Assembly (NCBI RefSeq): GCF_044324785.1 | Contig: NZ_CP172127.1 | DNA length: 64,000 nt | Direction: 5' to 3' (one strand) | From: Escherichia coli | GTDB taxonomy: Bacteria > Pseudomonadota > Gammaproteobacteria > Enterobacterales > Enterobacteriaceae | Shown: positions 44,026 to 57,179 of the stretch, piece by piece | Layout of the letters: every line of letters starts with the position of its first letter | How positions within the stretch are numbered: the stretch's first letter is position 1 | Position numbers and translations under genes: made by a program | Notes under the pieces: model-generated | Told to the model about the DNA's origin: nothing | What the model saw: the letters and a program-made list of their open reading frames with translations, nothing else | Databases searched by the model: none

Positions 44026-44226
44026 GTGGAAAAATATTGTGAGTTAATACGCAAGCGGTACGCGGAAATCGCCAGCGGAGACTTAGGATACGTTCCGGAC
44101 GCGCTGGGCTGCGTTTTGAAAGTGCTGAATGAAATGGCTGCCGACGACGCCCTTTCTGAGGCTGTCAGGGAAAAAGCAGCATACGCTGCGGCAAACTTAC
44201 TGGTGAGCGATTATGTCAATGAATGA
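44026..44226 (+). CDS. yaeP: Small protein YaeP (UPF0253)
   Basis: About 66 aa if started at GTG 44026 ([15 protein letters not shown]…); longest ORF begins at ATG 44008. Confidence 0.75.
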
Positions 44227-44473
44227 TACGTATCAACCAATCAATTGTGATGATTACGATAATCTTGAGCTCGCCTGCCAGCATCATTTAATGCTGACAC
44301 TTGAGCTGAAAGATGGCGAAAAATTGCAGGCGAAGGCCAGCGATTTAGTCTCCCGCAAAAATGTGGAGTATCTGGTCGTCGAGGCCGCTGGTACAACCCG
44401 CGAGCTGCGTCTGGATAAAATTACCAGCTTTAGCCACCCGGAAATCGGTACGGTGGTGGTGAGCGAGTCCTGA
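44219..44473 (+). CDS. rof: Rho-binding antiterminator Rof (YaeO)
   Basis: 84 aa ([23 protein letters not shown]…); overlaps yaeP stop. Confidence 0.9.
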
Positions 44474-44482
44474 TTGACTTTT

Positions 44483-44513
44483 GCCGGATGCGACGTTTGA
44501 TGCGTATCCGGCC
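44483..44513. repeat. REP (repetitive extragenic palindromic) element
   Basis: GCCGGATGCGACGTTTGATGCGTATCCGGCC, a typical enterobacterial REP palindrome, between convergent rof and tilS. Confidence 0.8.
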
Positions 44514-44521
44514 TTCACTGA

Positions 44522-45817
44522 CTAACCATTTCTCTGCCAGACAAAACTTACTCCATTCTCACTTTCAGCCATACCTTCTTGCGTCATAAATACTCCTGCC
44601 GCCGCAATCAGCGTTTCGCCATAAAACAGCAGTGGCGTGGTGTCACGTAGCCACGGCGGAACGCCCAGCTCCTGCCAGATTTTCTTCAGCTTACGTCCGC
44701 CGTTGCGCCCGATAATATGCAGCAATCCTGGCGCTTTGAAACGCACGCTGACCGCTTCGTCTGCACGCGGAGGGCGAATATCGCCTCCCGCAGTAAGCTG
44801 TACACTTCCCAGTCCCGCCGGTAATTCCAGCGGTTGTAGCCACGTCTGCCACGGCACAATGGTTTCGCTTTGCCCAGTGACGGATTTAATCCACCACAGT
44901 TGCGACTGATAGCGGCGGATTTCAAACGCGCCCAGGCGTAAACAGGGGGAAGCATCTTCCCGCGCCAGCGCCACTTCCTGCCAGATCCTCACCAACGCGT
45001 CGCGGGAAGGCATCGGTGCATTCTTCCCTGCCAGCCAGCGGCGTATAATCGCCGCGCGGCGGGCATCACTCATCGCCAGCATTGGCGCAATCTGCAGCGT
45101 CCCCTGCGACGTTTGACAGTGCGCTATATCATCCGCCAGCAGTTCATCTAACAGGCTCTCTTGTTCAGCGCAAAGCGCAGCGCTGCGGGCCGTTGCTTCG
45201 GCAAAATGCGGCCAACGCTGCTGCAATAACGGCACCACGCGCAGGCGCAGAAAGTTACGATCGTATGAGTCGTCCTGATTACTTTCGTCTTCAATCCAGC
45301 GTAAACCATGCGCCAATGCCCACTGCGCCAGTTCCCCCCGCGTGCGGGCAAGCAACGGACGGATAAGCCGTGTTCCGGCAAACTCCGAAACTTCCGCCAT
45401 AGCCGAAAGCCCGGCAGGGCCGCTACCGCGTTTTAGCGCCAGCAGAAAAGTTTCACATTGATCGTCGAGATGTTGCGCGGTGACCAGCACTTCACCGGGC
45501 AACAAGGTGCGGGCAAATGCCTGATAACGCGCCTGCCGCGCCTGGGCCTCAATCCCCAGCCCCTCTTGCGCAAGTTGTACGCGTTCGACCACCAGCGGCA
45601 CCTGCCACTGTTGGCAGATGTTCTCGCAATGCCTAACCCAGGCATCGGCATTGGCACTTAAACCGTGATGCACATGGATAGCGCGTAGAGTGACGCCCGG
45701 ATTTTCCGTCCGCCACTGCACCAACTGATGCAGCAAAACGGTGGAGTCAAGCCCGCCGCTAAAGGCCACCAGAATCTGGCGTGAGGTGAGAAGTTGTCTA
45801 TTGAGCGTGAGTGTCAT
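44522..45817 (-). CDS. tilS: tRNA(Ile)-lysidine synthetase
   Basis: 431 aa; PP-loop motif (SGGLDS) near the N-terminus. Confidence 0.95.
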   Translation of the reverse strand: MTLTLNRQLLTSRQILVAFSGGLDSTVLLHQLVQWRTENPGVTLRAIHVHHGLSANADAWVRHCENICQQWQVPLVVERVQLAQEGLGIEAQARQARYQAFARTLLPGEVLVTAQHLDDQCETFLLALKRGSGPAGLSAMAEVSEFAGTRLIRPLLARTRGELAQWALAHGLRWIEDESNQDDSYDRNFLRLRVVPLLQQRWPHFAEATARSAALCAEQESLLDELLADDIAHCQTSQGTLQIAPMLAMSDARRAAIIRRWLAGKNAPMPSRDALVRIWQEVALAREDASPCLRLGAFEIRRYQSQLWWIKSVTGQSETIVPWQTWLQPLELPAGLGSVQLTAGGDIRPPRADEAVSVRFKAPGLLHIIGRNGGRKLKKIWQELGVPPWLRDTTPLLFYGETLIAAAGVFMTQEGMAESENGVSFVWQRNG

Positions 45818-45881
45818 GATGGTGCGATTTTACAGTAGCAATGCCCGGCACGTTACCGGGCAAATGCGGCGATGACAAGCC

Positions 45882-46271
45882 TTACTGCTCATACAGTTCC
45901 AACGGCAGCCCGTCCGGATCGTTAAAGAACGTGAAGCGTTTTTGCGTGTATGGATCGACACGGATGGCTTCACACTTCACGTTATGGCTTTCAAGGTGCG
46001 CCGCTGCCGCATCTATATCATCAACGCTAAAAGCCAGATGACGCAGGCCGCAAGCTTCCGGTCGGCTGGGGCGCTCCGGCGGGAACGGAAATGAGAAAAG
46101 CTCAATCACATATTGCCCATTAAGCGCCAAATCCCCTTTCCACGAGTCGCGCGCTTCGCGATAGACTTCGCTTTGCAGCGTGAAACCAAGAATATCGCAG
46201 TAGAAAGCTTTGCTCACCGCATAATCCGTCGCAATAATCGCAATATGGTGAACCTGTTTTAAACCCAGCAT
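45882..46271 (-). CDS. yaeR: VOC/glyoxalase-family protein YaeR
   Basis: About 129 aa from MLGLKQVHHIAIIATDY; longest ORF extends 9 codons upstream. Confidence 0.85.
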   Translation of the reverse strand: MLGLKQVHHIAIIATDYAVSKAFYCDILGFTLQSEVYREARDSWKGDLALNGQYVIELFSFPFPPERPSRPEACGLRHLAFSVDDIDAAAAHLESHNVKCEAIRVDPYTQKRFTFFNDPDGLPLELYEQ

Positions 46272-46327
46272 AACGTCTCCTTTATTTGTTAACAGCACGT
46301 TACTCGCCCGGAAGCCGCTCTGGCAAG

Positions 46328-48469
46328 TTATCCCGCCATTTTTAGGACTCGTACACGGTAAACGCCGTCTTCGTCCTGTTTCGCGCCGTGAATATCCGTT
46401 TCAAAACCGGGGTAATGTTGCCCTACGGAACAAAGCATCAGTAGAAAATCGAGTACCGTGCGGCTCTCTTTGGTCAGCATTTCTCCTGGCATCAGCAGCG
46501 GTACGCCAGGTGGATAAGGCAGGATCATATTTGCCGATACTCTACCGACCAGTTGTTCCAGCGCAATGGTTTCCACTTCGCCTTTAATCTGTCTCTGCCA
46601 TGCCTGATGTGGCGTCATGATCATTTCCGGCAAAGTATCGAATGCCCGCAACATCAAACCGGAAAGATCGTGTTTACGAATCAGCTTATGGATCCCTTGC
46701 GCCAGATTCTGAATACGCATATTGCGGTAGAAATCGGGATCTTCAGCATAGAGATCGGGTAGCATATTTTTGATCCGCAGGTTGAGATCGTAAGAGCGCT
46801 TAAATTCCGTCAACCCACGCAATAATCCCATTGCTTTGGTTTTATCGATGCCAATACTAAAGAGAAACAGCAGGTTATAAGGACCGGTTTTCTCTACTAC
46901 GATCCCTCGTTCGTCGAGGAATTTTGCTACCAGCGCCGCCGGGATCCCCTCCTCGCTCATATTGCCCTGCTCGTCCATCCCCGGTGTCAAAATAGTGACT
47001 TTAACCGGATCGAGAAACATATGATCGGCATCCGCATCGTTAAAGCCGTGCCACTGTTCGCCAGGCGCAACGGGCCAGCATTCGGCTTCATCCACCTGCG
47101 GCGGTTGCCAGATATCGAAAAACCAACCGTCAGACTCTTCCCGCAGCCGCTGGACCTCTTTGCGAAAATGCAGCGCCCGCTCCACCGAACGGTTAATCAG
47201 CCGTTTGCCCGGATTACCACGCAGCATCGCCGCCGCCGTCTCAACCGAAGCAACAATGGGATAACTGGGCGAGGTGGTGGTATGCATCATAAAGGCTTCA
47301 TTAAACGCCTCTTCGTCATACTCGCCTTTAATGTGGATCAGCGAAGCCTGCGATAACGCCGCCAGCATTTTGTGGGTCGATTGCGTTTCGAAGATCACTT
47401 TTCCCGCAACACGCTCACCGCTCATACCACTTTTACCCTGGTAGATCGGATGAAAATGGGTGTACGGCACCCAGGCAGAATCGAAGTGAATCGACGGGAC
47501 ATCCAGCGTCTGTTTGATCCAGTCGGTGTTGTAGAGCAAGCCATCATAGGTGGAGTTGGTAATCACCGCATGAACCGGCCATTGTGCTTGCGTGGTAGCA
47601 GCGACTTTCTCTGCGATGCTGTCGCGAGTAAATTCACGGCGCGGGATCCCACCCAGAATCCCCAACGCATTACGCGTCGGTTTCAGCCAGACTGGCACTA
47701 CATCGTTCATCATCAACAGATGCGCCAGCGATTTATGACAATTGCGGTCGATCAACAGCGTACTGCCGGATGGCGCGGCGTACATGCCCACAATTTTGTT
47801 CGACGTCGATGTTCCGTTGGTAACGATATAACTCTGTTCCGCGCCAAAAGTCCGGGCGATGTACTCTTCCGCTTCCAGGTGTGGCCCGGTGTGGTCGAGC
47901 AACGAGCCAAGCTCAGTTACCGAGATAGACACGTCCGCCTTGAGGGTATTGCCGCCGAAAAAATCATAAAACAGACAGCCAACCGGGCTTTTCTGATATG
48001 CGGTGCCGCCCATATGCCCCGGCGTACAAAAGGTGTACTTCCGCTCTTTGACGTAGGTAAACAAGGCTTTCGTGAACGGCGGTGTAATGTTATCAAGATA
48101 TTCGTTAGTGTACTGACGAATACGAATGGCGATATCTTCTGCCTGCCCCAGCGCATATTCAAAAAACCAGAGCGCCATCCGCATATCCTGCACGCTGACA
48201 TCCATCGTCGAGTGGGTGTTGATAAAGGCATAAAGCGGAAGATATTCATTAAGTTGATTGATATCGCTACATAAATCGAGACTGTACTCATCCCAGTCAA
48301 AAATCACGCCGCAAATTCGTGGGTTATGTTCGATAAACTTCAGCAAATCAACGCTGTTCTGTGGCCAGATAATCTGAAAGCCTTGCGCCACCAGCGCCGA
48401 CTCCAGTTCTTTGATGGGCTCATCTTTATAAAAGACGCCATGCGGTCCCATAATGGCAATGATGTTCAT
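46328..48469 (-). CDS. ldcC: Constitutive lysine decarboxylase
   Basis: 713 aa; Orn/Lys/Arg decarboxylase family; conserved position next to accA. Confidence 0.95.
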   Translation of the reverse strand: MNIIAIMGPHGVFYKDEPIKELESALVAQGFQIIWPQNSVDLLKFIEHNPRICGVIFDWDEYSLDLCSDINQLNEYLPLYAFINTHSTMDVSVQDMRMALWFFEYALGQAEDIAIRIRQYTNEYLDNITPPFTKALFTYVKERKYTFCTPGHMGGTAYQKSPVGCLFYDFFGGNTLKADVSISVTELGSLLDHTGPHLEAEEYIARTFGAEQSYIVTNGTSTSNKIVGMYAAPSGSTLLIDRNCHKSLAHLLMMNDVVPVWLKPTRNALGILGGIPRREFTRDSIAEKVAATTQAQWPVHAVITNSTYDGLLYNTDWIKQTLDVPSIHFDSAWVPYTHFHPIYQGKSGMSGERVAGKVIFETQSTHKMLAALSQASLIHIKGEYDEEAFNEAFMMHTTTSPSYPIVASVETAAAMLRGNPGKRLINRSVERALHFRKEVQRLREESDGWFFDIWQPPQVDEAECWPVAPGEQWHGFNDADADHMFLDPVKVTILTPGMDEQGNMSEEGIPAALVAKFLDERGIVVEKTGPYNLLFLFSIGIDKTKAMGLLRGLTEFKRSYDLNLRIKNMLPDLYAEDPDFYRNMRIQNLAQGIHKLIRKHDLSGLMLRAFDTLPEMIMTPHQAWQRQIKGEVETIALEQLVGRVSANMILPYPPGVPLLMPGEMLTKESRTVLDFLLMLCSVGQHYPGFETDIHGAKQDEDGVYRVRVLKMAG

Positions 48470-48566
48470 GTGTTCCTCCTGGAAAATCCTTCCTTAATCA
48501 TAGCCTGCTCAAACCGTGGCGATAAAAAAGGGCCACCGAAGTGACCCTTTTCAGAACATTTGCGAA

Positions 48567-49526
48567 TTACGCGTAACCGTAGCTCATCAGGCGCTGATAA
48601 CGACGATTTTTTAAATCTTCAGTGCTTAACACGTCGAGATCGGCCAGATCCGCCAGCAGTTGCGCTTTCAACGATGCCGCCATCGCTTCCGGGTTACGGT
48701 GAGCACCACCCAGCGGTTCCGGGATGATGGAGTCGATCAGTTTCAGTTCTTTCAGACGCGGAGCAATGATACCCATCGCTTCAGCCGCCAGCGGCGCTTT
48801 GTCGGCGCTCTTCCACAGAATGGACGCACAACCTTCCGGCGAGATAACGGAATAGGTGCTGTATTGCAGCATATTCACTTTATCGCCCACGCCAATCGCC
48901 AGCGCGCCGCCAGAACCACCTTCACCGATAACGGTACAAATAGTCGGTACGCTAAGGCGAGACATTTCACGCAGGTTGCGTGCAATGGCTTCAGACTGAC
49001 CGCGCTCTTCTGCGCCCACGCCCGGATAAGCCCCCGGGGTGTCGATAAAGGTGATGATTGGCATCTTAAAGCGTTCAGCCATTTGCATCAGACGCAGTGC
49101 TTTGCGGTAACCTTCTGGCGCTGGCATACCAAAGTTACGGCGAATTTTTTCTTTGGTTTCACGACCTTTTTGATGACCAATGATCATCACCGGACGACCA
49201 TCGAGACGGGCGATACCACCGACGATAGCTTTATCGTCTGCATACGCGCGGTCGCCAGCCAGTTCGTCAAATTCATCAAATGCCAGGCGAACGTAATCCA
49301 GGGTATAAGGACGCTGTGGATGGCGTGCCAGTTGCGCAATCTGCCATGCACCGAGATCGGCGAAGATTTTACGTGTCAGTTCTACGCTTTTTTCACGCAG
49401 ACGATGCACTTCTTCATCGATGTTAATATCCAGTTTCTCATCCTGACGGCTAACCGCAGTCAGAGAATCGATTTTCGCTTCCAGCTCTGCAATCGGCTGT
49501 TCAAAATCAAGGAAATTCAGACTCAT
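48567..49526 (-). CDS. accA: Acetyl-CoA carboxylase carboxyltransferase alpha subunit
   Basis: 319 aa ([22 protein letters not shown]…). Confidence 0.97.
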
Positions 49527-49538
49527 AGTATTCCTGTA

Positions 49539-52500
49539 TTAGTCAAACTCCAGTTCCACCTGCTCCGAACCAATGAGGCCACGGAGATCGTTTAATAAAC
49601 GATCGCTCGGAGAGACACGCCACGTCGCGCCAAAACGCAACCGCGCGCGTGCATCCGCCCTCTGATAGTAGAGATGTACTGGAATTGTCCCAGAGCGGTG
49701 GGGTTCCAGAGACTGACGGAGTCGGTTTAAAAGCTGGTCATCAATTTGCCTGTCCGTCAGCGAGATAGCAAGCCCGCGAGCATATTTTTCCCGGGCTTCG
49801 TCAATATCCATCACTTCGCGAGCGGTCATTTTAAGCCCACCGCTGAAGTCATCAAAGCTGACCTGTCCGCTGACGATAAGTATGCGGTCTTTTTCCAGCA
49901 ATTGCTGGTATTTATCCAGGGCGTCAGTAAACAACATCACTTCCAGCCGCCCGGAACGGTCATCCAGCGTGCAGATACCGATACGATTGCCGCGCTTGGT
50001 GACCATAACCCGCGCGGCAACAACGAGCCCCGCAGCCGTGATGACTTTACCACGTTCTGTCGGGTGCATGTCTTTCAGCCTTACGCCTCCGACATAACGC
50101 TCAATCTCTTTTAAATACTGGTTGATAGGGTGTCCCGTCAGGTACAGACCTAACGTTTCACGTTCCCCATCTAACACCACCTGCTCCGGCCACGGTTGGC
50201 AGCTGGCGTAGGATTGTTCAATTTGTTCCGGCTCTTCGGCCAGCACGCCGAACATATCGGCCTGACCGATAGCTTCCGCTTTCGCGTGTTGATCTGCCGC
50301 TTTTAACGCATCGCCCAGCGAGTTCATCAGCGCCGCGCGGTGTGGCCCAAGACGGTCAAACGCCCCGGACATGATCAGTTTTTCCAGCACCCGCCGGTTT
50401 AACTTTTTGGTGTCGGTTCGGGCGCAGAGATCAAACAGTTCGCGGAAGTAGCCGCCTTTATTACGGGCTTCGATGATGGCCTCAATCGGACCTTCACCGA
50501 CCCCTTTGATCGCGCCAATACCATACACGATTTCGCCGTCGTCGTTGACGTGGAAATGGTAAAGACCGGAGTTTATATCTGGTGGCAGGATTTTCAGCCC
50601 CATCCGCCAGCACTCATCCACCAGGCCCACCACCTTCTCGGTGTTGTCCATATCGGCGGTCATTACCGCCGCCATAAACTCCGCCGGATAGTGCGCTTTC
50701 AGCCATAACGTTTGATATGACACCAAAGCATAGGCCGCAGAGTGCGATTTGTTAAATCCGTAACCAGCGAATTTTTCCACCAGGTCGAAGATTTTCATCG
50801 CCAGTTCAGCGTTGATTCCGTTCTTTTCTGCACCTTCAGCAAATACAGAACGCTGCTTAGCCATCTCTTCCGGCTTTTTCTTACCCATCGCACGACGCAG
50901 CATATCCGCGCCACCGAGGGTATAACCAGAAAGCACCTGCGCAATCTGCATGACCTGTTCCTGATACAGGATGATGCCGTAGGTTGGCTCCAGTACCGGT
51001 TTCAGGCTTTCATGCTGCCACTGTACGTCCGGATAGGAGATCTCTTCGCGACCATGTTTACGGTCGATAAAGTTATCCACCATCCCTGACTGCAACGGAC
51101 CAGGGCGGAACAGTGCCACCAGTGCGATCATATCTTCGAAGCAGTCAGGTTGCAGACGCTTGATCAGGTCTTTCATACCGCGCGATTCAAGCTGGAATAC
51201 CGCCGTGGTTTCCGAGCGTTGCAGCATGTCGAAGCTTTTCTTATCATCCAGCGGGATCGCGGCGATATCCAGCGGCGGCTCGCCATTCTTCGCCCGCCGC
51301 TTGTTGATCATCTCCAGCGCCCAGTTGATGATGGTGAGCGTACGCAAACCAAGGAAGTCGAACTTCACCAGTCCGGCGTATTCAACGTCGCTTTTATCAA
51401 ACTGGGTGACCGGATGTTTGCCCTCTTCATCGCAGTAAAGCGGCGCAAAATCGGTAATTTTGGTCGGTGCGATAACCACCCCACCGGCGTGCTTACCGGC
51501 GTTACGGGTGACCCCTTCCAGTTTGCGCGCCATGTCGATCAGCGCCTTAACTTCTTCATCCGCTTCGTAGATTTCTGGCAGCTGCGGCTCGGCTTCAAAC
51601 GCTTTCGCCAGCGTCATCCCCGGATCGGGCGGGATCAGTTTCGAGATACGATCGACAAAGCCGTACGGATGCCCCAGCACGCGACCTACGTCGCGGATCA
51701 CCGCTTTCGCCGCCATCGTACCGAAGGTGATGATCTGCGATACCGCATCACGACCGTACATGTCCGCCACGTGTTCGATAACCTGATCGCGTTTCTCCAT
51801 ACAGAAGTCAACGTCAAAGTCAGGCATGGAGACACGTTCCGGGTTAAGGAAACGTTCGAACAGCAGGTCAAATTCCAGCGGATCAAGGTCGGTGATTTTC
51901 AGCGCGTAGGCCACCAGTGAACCCGCACCGGAGCCACGGCCTGGCCCTACCGGTACGCCGTTATCCTTCGACCACTGGATAAATTCCATAACGATGAGGA
52001 AGTAGCCCGGGAAGCCCATCTGGTTGATAACCTGAAGTTCAGTCTCCAGACGTTCGTCATATTCCGGGCGACGCTTCAGACGTTCTTCCTCGTCAGGGAA
52101 TAAAAATGCCAGACGCTCTTCCAGGCCCTCTTTTGCACGCATGACCAGATAATCTTCGGTGCTCATGTCCCCGGTCGGGAACTGCGGCAGGAAGTATTCA
52201 CCAAGACGCACAGTTACGTTACAGCGTTTGGCGATCTCAACGGTGTTGGCAAGGGCTTCTGGGATGTCGGCAAACAGCTCGCACATCTCCTCTTCGCTAC
52301 GCATATATTGCTGCGGCGAATAGTTACGCGGGCGTTTAGGATCGTCGAGGGTAAAGCCGTCGTGGATTGCGACGCGGATTTCGTGTGCGTCAAAGTCGCT
52401 GCTGTCGATAAAGCGCACGTCGTTGGTCGCCACGACGGGCAAACCGCGCGCTTCCGCCAGTTCCACCGCCGCGTGCAGATAGCTTTCTTCGTCCGGCCTG

Positions 52501-53021
52501 CCGGTGCGGATCAGCTCGAGAAAATAGCGATCCGGGAAGTGTTCTTCATAAAACGCGACACACTCATCTACCAGCGCGCTGTTACCACGCAAAAGACTGC
52601 GTCCGACGTCGCCCATGCGCCCGCCAGAAAGAAGGATCAGCCCTTCGTTTAATTCGATAAGCCAGTCGCGATCGATGATCGGCCCGGCAGCACCGTACCC
52701 GCGCTGATACGCTTTTGAGATCAGCAACGTCAGATTCTGATAGCCGGTATTGTTCGCCGCCAGCACCGTCAGGTGGGTTAACTCATCACCCAGCAGGTCG
52801 CACTGGACATTAAAATCTGCCCCGACGATAGGCTTAATCCCTGCGCCATGTCCCGCTCCGTAGAACTTCACCAGACCGCAAAGGTTGGTGAAATCGGTGA
52901 TCGCCAGTGCTGGCATCCCTAACGCCGCCGCCTTTTTTACCAGCGGCGCGGTTTTGGCCAGGCCATCGATCATCGAGTAGTCGCTGTGCACCCGCAGGTG
53001 TACGAAACGTGGTTCAGACAT
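49539..53021 (-). CDS. dnaE: DNA polymerase III alpha subunit
   Basis: 1160 aa ([23 protein letters not shown]…), PHP domain N-terminus. Confidence 0.98.
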   Translation of the reverse strand: MSEPRFVHLRVHSDYSMIDGLAKTAPLVKKAAALGMPALAITDFTNLCGLVKFYGAGHGAGIKPIVGADFNVQCDLLGDELTHLTVLAANNTGYQNLTLLISKAYQRGYGAAGPIIDRDWLIELNEGLILLSGGRMGDVGRSLLRGNSALVDECVAFYEEHFPDRYFLELIRTGRPDEESYLHAAVELAEARGLPVVATNDVRFIDSSDFDAHEIRVAIHDGFTLDDPKRPRNYSPQQYMRSEEEMCELFADIPEALANTVEIAKRCNVTVRLGEYFLPQFPTGDMSTEDYLVMRAKEGLEERLAFLFPDEEERLKRRPEYDERLETELQVINQMGFPGYFLIVMEFIQWSKDNGVPVGPGRGSGAGSLVAYALKITDLDPLEFDLLFERFLNPERVSMPDFDVDFCMEKRDQVIEHVADMYGRDAVSQIITFGTMAAKAVIRDVGRVLGHPYGFVDRISKLIPPDPGMTLAKAFEAEPQLPEIYEADEEVKALIDMARKLEGVTRNAGKHAGGVVIAPTKITDFAPLYCDEEGKHPVTQFDKSDVEYAGLVKFDFLGLRTLTIINWALEMINKRRAKNGEPPLDIAAIPLDDKKSFDMLQRSETTAVFQLESRGMKDLIKRLQPDCFEDMIALVALFRPGPLQSGMVDNFIDRKHGREEISYPDVQWQHESLKPVLEPTYGIILYQEQVMQIAQVLSGYTLGGADMLRRAMGKKKPEEMAKQRSVFAEGAEKNGINAELAMKIFDLVEKFAGYGFNKSHSAAYALVSYQTLWLKAHYPAEFMAAVMTADMDNTEKVVGLVDECWRMGLKILPPDINSGLYHFHVNDDGEIVYGIGAIKGVGEGPIEAIIEARNKGGYFRELFDLCARTDTKKLNRRVLEKLIMSGAFDRLGPHRAALMNSLGDALKAADQHAKAEAIGQADMFGVLAEEPEQIEQSYASCQPWPEQVVLDGERETLGLYLTGHPINQYLKEIERYVGGVRLKDMHPTERGKVITAAGLVVAARVMVTKRGNRIGICTLDDRSGRLEVMLFTDALDKYQQLLEKDRILIVSGQVSFDDFSGGLKMTAREVMDIDEAREKYARGLAISLTDRQIDDQLLNRLRQSLEPHRSGTIPVHLYYQRADARARLRFGATWRVSPSDRLLNDLRGLIGSEQVELEFD

Positions 53022-53057
53022 CTTCAGATTCCGGTTTACTTAATCTCGACACAAGAA

Positions 53058-53654
53058 TCAGGACGCAAGTCCCAGTGCGCGTTTGACAGGCCCAAAGCTG
53101 CGCCGATGGTGTTCGGTCGCGCCGTGTTCAGCCAGTTTTTCCAGATGAAAAGCGGTTGGATACCCTTTGTGTTGGGCAAAACCATATTGCGGGAAAACAA
53201 TATCCAGCGCCGCCATTTCGGCGTCACGCGTCACTTTCGCCAGGATAGACGCAGCACTGATTTCCGGTACGCGGCTATCGCCTTTCACCACTGCCATCGA
53301 AGGCATCGGTAATTTCGGGCAGCGGTTACCGTCAATCAACACATATTCCGGCGCAATATGCAGCCCAGCGACGGCACGCTGCATCGCCAGCATGGTCGCG
53401 TGTAAAATATTCAGTTCGTCGATTTCGTGGGGTTCCGCGCGGCCCAGACTCCAGCTCAACGCTTTCTCTTTGATCTCTTCACAGAGCGCCAGACGGCGTT
53501 TTTCGCTCAGCTTTTTGGAATCATTCAGCCCGGCAATCGGGCGCGATGGGTCAAGGATCACCGCAGCGGTGACGACCGCGCCAACTAACGGCCCGCGTCC
53601 GACTTCATCCACACCCGCAACCAGCTGCGTGTGCGGATAAACAAATTCGATCAT
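53058..53654 (-). CDS. rnhB: Ribonuclease HII
   Basis: 198 aa ([28 protein letters not shown]…). Confidence 0.96.
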   Translation of the reverse strand: MIEFVYPHTQLVAGVDEVGRGPLVGAVVTAAVILDPSRPIAGLNDSKKLSEKRRLALCEEIKEKALSWSLGRAEPHEIDELNILHATMLAMQRAVAGLHIAPEYVLIDGNRCPKLPMPSMAVVKGDSRVPEISAASILAKVTRDAEMAALDIVFPQYGFAQHKGYPTAFHLEKLAEHGATEHHRRSFGPVKRALGLAS

Positions 53655-54799
53655 TGTGCTAACTCCAGAACGGCTTGTGCCGCCTGCTCATCGGCATTGC
53701 AGCGGATCTGCTGATGCAGTTCACGGAAGGTGTCGTGCATCGCGTGGCTGGTTTTCCCGTTCGCCAACAGCGGTAACAGCGCCGCAGCCAGTTTTTGCGG
53801 CTCACACTCTTCCTGCAATAACTCTTTGACTAACTCTCTGCCCGCCAGCAAATTGGGTAGAGAAACATAATCAGTTTTCACCAGTCGCTTCGCCAGCCAG
53901 AAGGTAAAAGGCTTCATGCGATATCCCACTACCATCGGGCATTTCGCCAGCATGCACTCCAGTGCTGCCGTCCCCGACGCCAATAGTGCCGCATCACTAG
54001 CGACCATCGCCTCACGGCCCATCCCATCCAACATATGAACCGACAGGTCTGGCGCAACTTCAGCTTTGATGCGTTCAAACTGCTCGCGGCGTTTGGCATT
54101 CACCAGCGGCACCACAATTTCGAGATCCGGATATGTCTGGCGCAAAAGCTGGGCCGTTTTCAGGAAATCGGCACTAAGCATTTCGACTTCTGCACCACGG
54201 CTGCCCGGCAACAATGCCAGACAGTGGGCATCGTGAGGGATCCCCAGCACATCACGGGCACCATTTTTATCTGGATCTAATGGCATGGCATCAGCCATGG
54301 TATGACCGATAAAGCGGCACGGTACGTTGTATTTGTCATAAAACGCTTTTTCGAAAGGCAGAAATGCGAGCACCAGATCGGTGGCTCTGCCTATTTTGAA
54401 AACGCGTTTCTGTCGCCACGCCCAGACGGACGGACTGACGTAATGAATGGTTTTGATACCCTGCTTTTTGAGGTTACCTTCAAGGGTAATATTGAAGTCA
54501 GGCGCATCAATACCGATAAAAACATCTGGCTTCAGTTCGCCAAAACGCGTTGTCAGATCGGCACGAATATGCAGTAAGCGACGCAGACGCCCGAGCACTT
54601 CAACAATGCCCATCACCGCCAGCTCTTCCATTTCGTACCAGGCTTCGCAGCCTTCAGCCTGCATTCGTGGCCCGGCAACACCAACAAAGCGGGCGTTGGG
54701 CACACGTTCTTTCAGAGCGCGGATTAAACCGGCCCCCAGGATATCGCCGGAGGTTTCTCCGGCGACCAGGGCAATCGTTAATGGACGCTGTTCAGTCAT
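53651..54799 (-). CDS. lpxB: Lipid-A-disaccharide synthase
   Basis: 382 aa; overlaps rnhB start. Confidence 0.96.
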   Translation of the reverse strand: MTEQRPLTIALVAGETSGDILGAGLIRALKERVPNARFVGVAGPRMQAEGCEAWYEMEELAVMGIVEVLGRLRRLLHIRADLTTRFGELKPDVFIGIDAPDFNITLEGNLKKQGIKTIHYVSPSVWAWRQKRVFKIGRATDLVLAFLPFEKAFYDKYNVPCRFIGHTMADAMPLDPDKNGARDVLGIPHDAHCLALLPGSRGAEVEMLSADFLKTAQLLRQTYPDLEIVVPLVNAKRREQFERIKAEVAPDLSVHMLDGMGREAMVASDAALLASGTAALECMLAKCPMVVGYRMKPFTFWLAKRLVKTDYVSLPNLLAGRELVKELLQEECEPQKLAAALLPLLANGKTSHAMHDTFRELHQQIRCNADEQAAQAVLELAQ

Positions 54800-55587
54800 T
54801 AACGAATCAGACCGCGCGTTGAGCGTGCAAAGAAATCGGTAAAGGCTTTCACTTCCGGATATGTTTCCGCCAGTTCAGCAATTTCCGGTTTCACTTCATC
54901 GAGCGTTTTACCGCTACGATAAATCAGCTTATACGCATTGCGGATAGCGGTAATCGCCTCACGGCTGAATCCGCGGCGCTTCAGCCCTTCGATATTGACA
55001 CCAAACGGTGTTGCGTGGTTACCCTGCGCAATGACATAAGGAGGGACGTCCTGCGCCACACCGGAGCAGCCGCCAACCATCACATGCGCACCAATGATGC
55101 AGAACTGATGGACTGCGGTCATGCCGCCGATGATCGCGAAGTCGTCAACCGATACGTGACCCGCCAGCGTTGCGTTGTTGGCGAGAATACAGCGGTTACC
55201 TACCGTACAATCGTGCGCAATGTGCGCATTGATCATCAGTAAGTTGTCGCTGCCCACCTTCGTCAATCCACCGCCCTGGACTGTGCCACGATGAATGGTG
55301 ACGCTTTCGCGAATGCGGTTACGATCGCCGATTTCCACACGGGTCGGTTCGCCAGCATATTTCAGATCCTGGTTAACTTCGCCGATGGAGGCGAACTGAT
55401 AAATCTCATTATCGCGGCCAATTTTAGTATGACCATTCACGACAACGTGAGATTTCAGTACGGTACCCTCACCAATTTCGACATGGGGTCCAACGATACA
55501 AAAAGGACCAATGTGAGCGTTAGCGCCAATCGACGCGCCCTCTTCCACAATGGCGGTTGGATGCACAAAGGCGGATTTATCAATCAC
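54799..55587 (-). CDS. lpxA: UDP-N-acetylglucosamine O-acyltransferase
   Basis: 262 aa; hexapeptide-repeat acyltransferase. Confidence 0.97.
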
Positions 55588-55590
55588 GTA

Positions 55591-56046
55591 TCAGGCCTCC
55601 CGGCTACGAGCACACATCATCGTTGCTTCGCAAACTACTTTACCGTCGACCAGAGCAACCCCTTTAAAACGGGTCAGGCCGCGGCGCGTTTTTTCGAAAG
55701 TGACTTCCATGATCATTTGATCGCCAGGCACGACCGGGCGCTTGAAGCGCGCTTCGTCAATACCAGCGAAGTAGTACAGCTCACCCGGTTCCAGTTTTCC
55801 TACGCTTTTAAACGCCAGAATACCTGTTGCCTGTGCCATTGCTTCCAGAATCAGCACACCCGGGAAAATCGGTTTTCCAGGGAAATGGCCCTGGAAGAAT
55901 GGCTCATTGACAGAGACATTTTTTACTGCGCGCAGAAAACGACCTTCTTCAAAATCCAGCACGCGATCCACCAGTAAGAACGGGAAACGGTGCGGCAGAA
56001 GTTCTAAAATCTCTTCAATCTGCAGAGTATGAGTGTTAGTAGTCAA
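55591..56046 (-). CDS. fabZ: 3-hydroxyacyl-ACP dehydratase FabZ
   Basis: 151 aa using a TTG start ([28 protein letters not shown]…); longest ORF from 56139 is an upstream extension. Confidence 0.93.
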
Positions 56047-56150
56047 GATACTCTTCCTGTCAAAATATAAGAAACGACAATAATAACACGGCCTGCCGCA
56101 ATCGTAAGAATGAGACAGGCCGTAAAGTTTGGCGAACAAAAGATGGAACG

Positions 56151-57176
56151 TTAGTCTTGTTGATTAACCTTGCGCTCAAGCGATTTCAGACGCTTGCTCA
56201 TGTCATCAATGTTCATCACCAGTGCAGCGGTTTTGCGCCAGACTTTGTTGGGTTGCAGCGGAATGCCTGAGGAATAGACGCCTGGTTCAGTGATGGGACG
56301 CATCACCATACCCATGCCCGTAACCGTCACTTTGTCGCATATTTCCATATGCCCGTTGATTACGCTGGCTCCGCCGATCATGCAGTAACGACCAATTTTC
56401 AGGCTGCCCGCCATAATGACGCCACCGGCAACCGCCGTATTGTCGCCAATCACGACGTTATGTGCAATCTGGCACTGGTTATCAATGATCACGCCATTGC
56501 CAATAACAGTGTCATCCAGCGCGCCGCGATCGATGGTTGTGCAGGCACCGATCTCCACGCGATCGCCAATAATTACGCGACCAATCTGTGGGATCTTCAC
56601 CCAGTTACCACGATCGTTGGCATAACCAAAGCCGTCTGCGCCTACCACTGTTCCGGACTGGATCAGGCAATTCTGACCGATCTGGATCTCATGGTAAATG
56701 GTTACGTTCGCCCAAAGACGCGAACCTGCACCGATTTTGCTGTTTTTACCTACGAAGCAACCGGCACCGATAATCACGTTATCGCCCAGTTCAACGTCGG
56801 ACTCAATCACCGCGTTAGCGCCAATCGATACGTTGTTACCCAGCTTCGCCGTCGCGTCGATCACCGCACTGGGTGCAATGTTCTGCGCGGGCTGCGGCGT
56901 GGTATCTAAAATTTGCGCCATGCGCGCGTAAGTCAGGTAGGGATTCTTCACTACCAGTGCGGCACTTTTCGCGAAAGGAAGATCGTCCTGGGTCATGACA
57001 ACCGCGGACGCCTGGCACAAGCCTAAATGCTCACGGTATTTTGGGTTAACCATGAACGTGATGTGACCTGTTTGTGCAGATTGCATGGACGCAACGCCGG
57101 TGATGACGATATCGCCATCACCGTGTAGTTCTGCATCCAACTGCTGCGCTAAATCAGCCAGTCGAATTGAAGGCAT
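56151..57176 (-). CDS. lpxD: UDP-3-O-(3-hydroxymyristoyl)glucosamine N-acyltransferase
   Basis: 341 aa ([31 protein letters not shown]…). Confidence 0.97.
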   Translation of the reverse strand: MPSIRLADLAQQLDAELHGDGDIVITGVASMQSAQTGHITFMVNPKYREHLGLCQASAVVMTQDDLPFAKSAALVVKNPYLTYARMAQILDTTPQPAQNIAPSAVIDATAKLGNNVSIGANAVIESDVELGDNVIIGAGCFVGKNSKIGAGSRLWANVTIYHEIQIGQNCLIQSGTVVGADGFGYANDRGNWVKIPQIGRVIIGDRVEIGACTTIDRGALDDTVIGNGVIIDNQCQIAHNVVIGDNTAVAGGVIMAGSLKIGRYCMIGGASVINGHMEICDKVTVTGMGMVMRPITEPGVYSSGIPLQPNKVWRKTAALVMNIDDMSKRLKSLERKVNQQD

Positions 57177-57179
57177 TAC

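Noticed and set aside
47372-48274. 300-aa plus-strand ORF inside ldcC
   Set aside because: Antisense to a highly conserved lysine decarboxylase; the translation has no recognisable features.
48660-49595. 311-aa plus-strand ORF opposite accA
   Set aside because: Antisense to conserved accA; the product is Phe/Arg-rich nonsense typical of mirror frames.
51150-51920. 256-aa plus-strand ORF inside dnaE
   Set aside because: Antisense to the DNA polymerase III alpha gene; no independent support.
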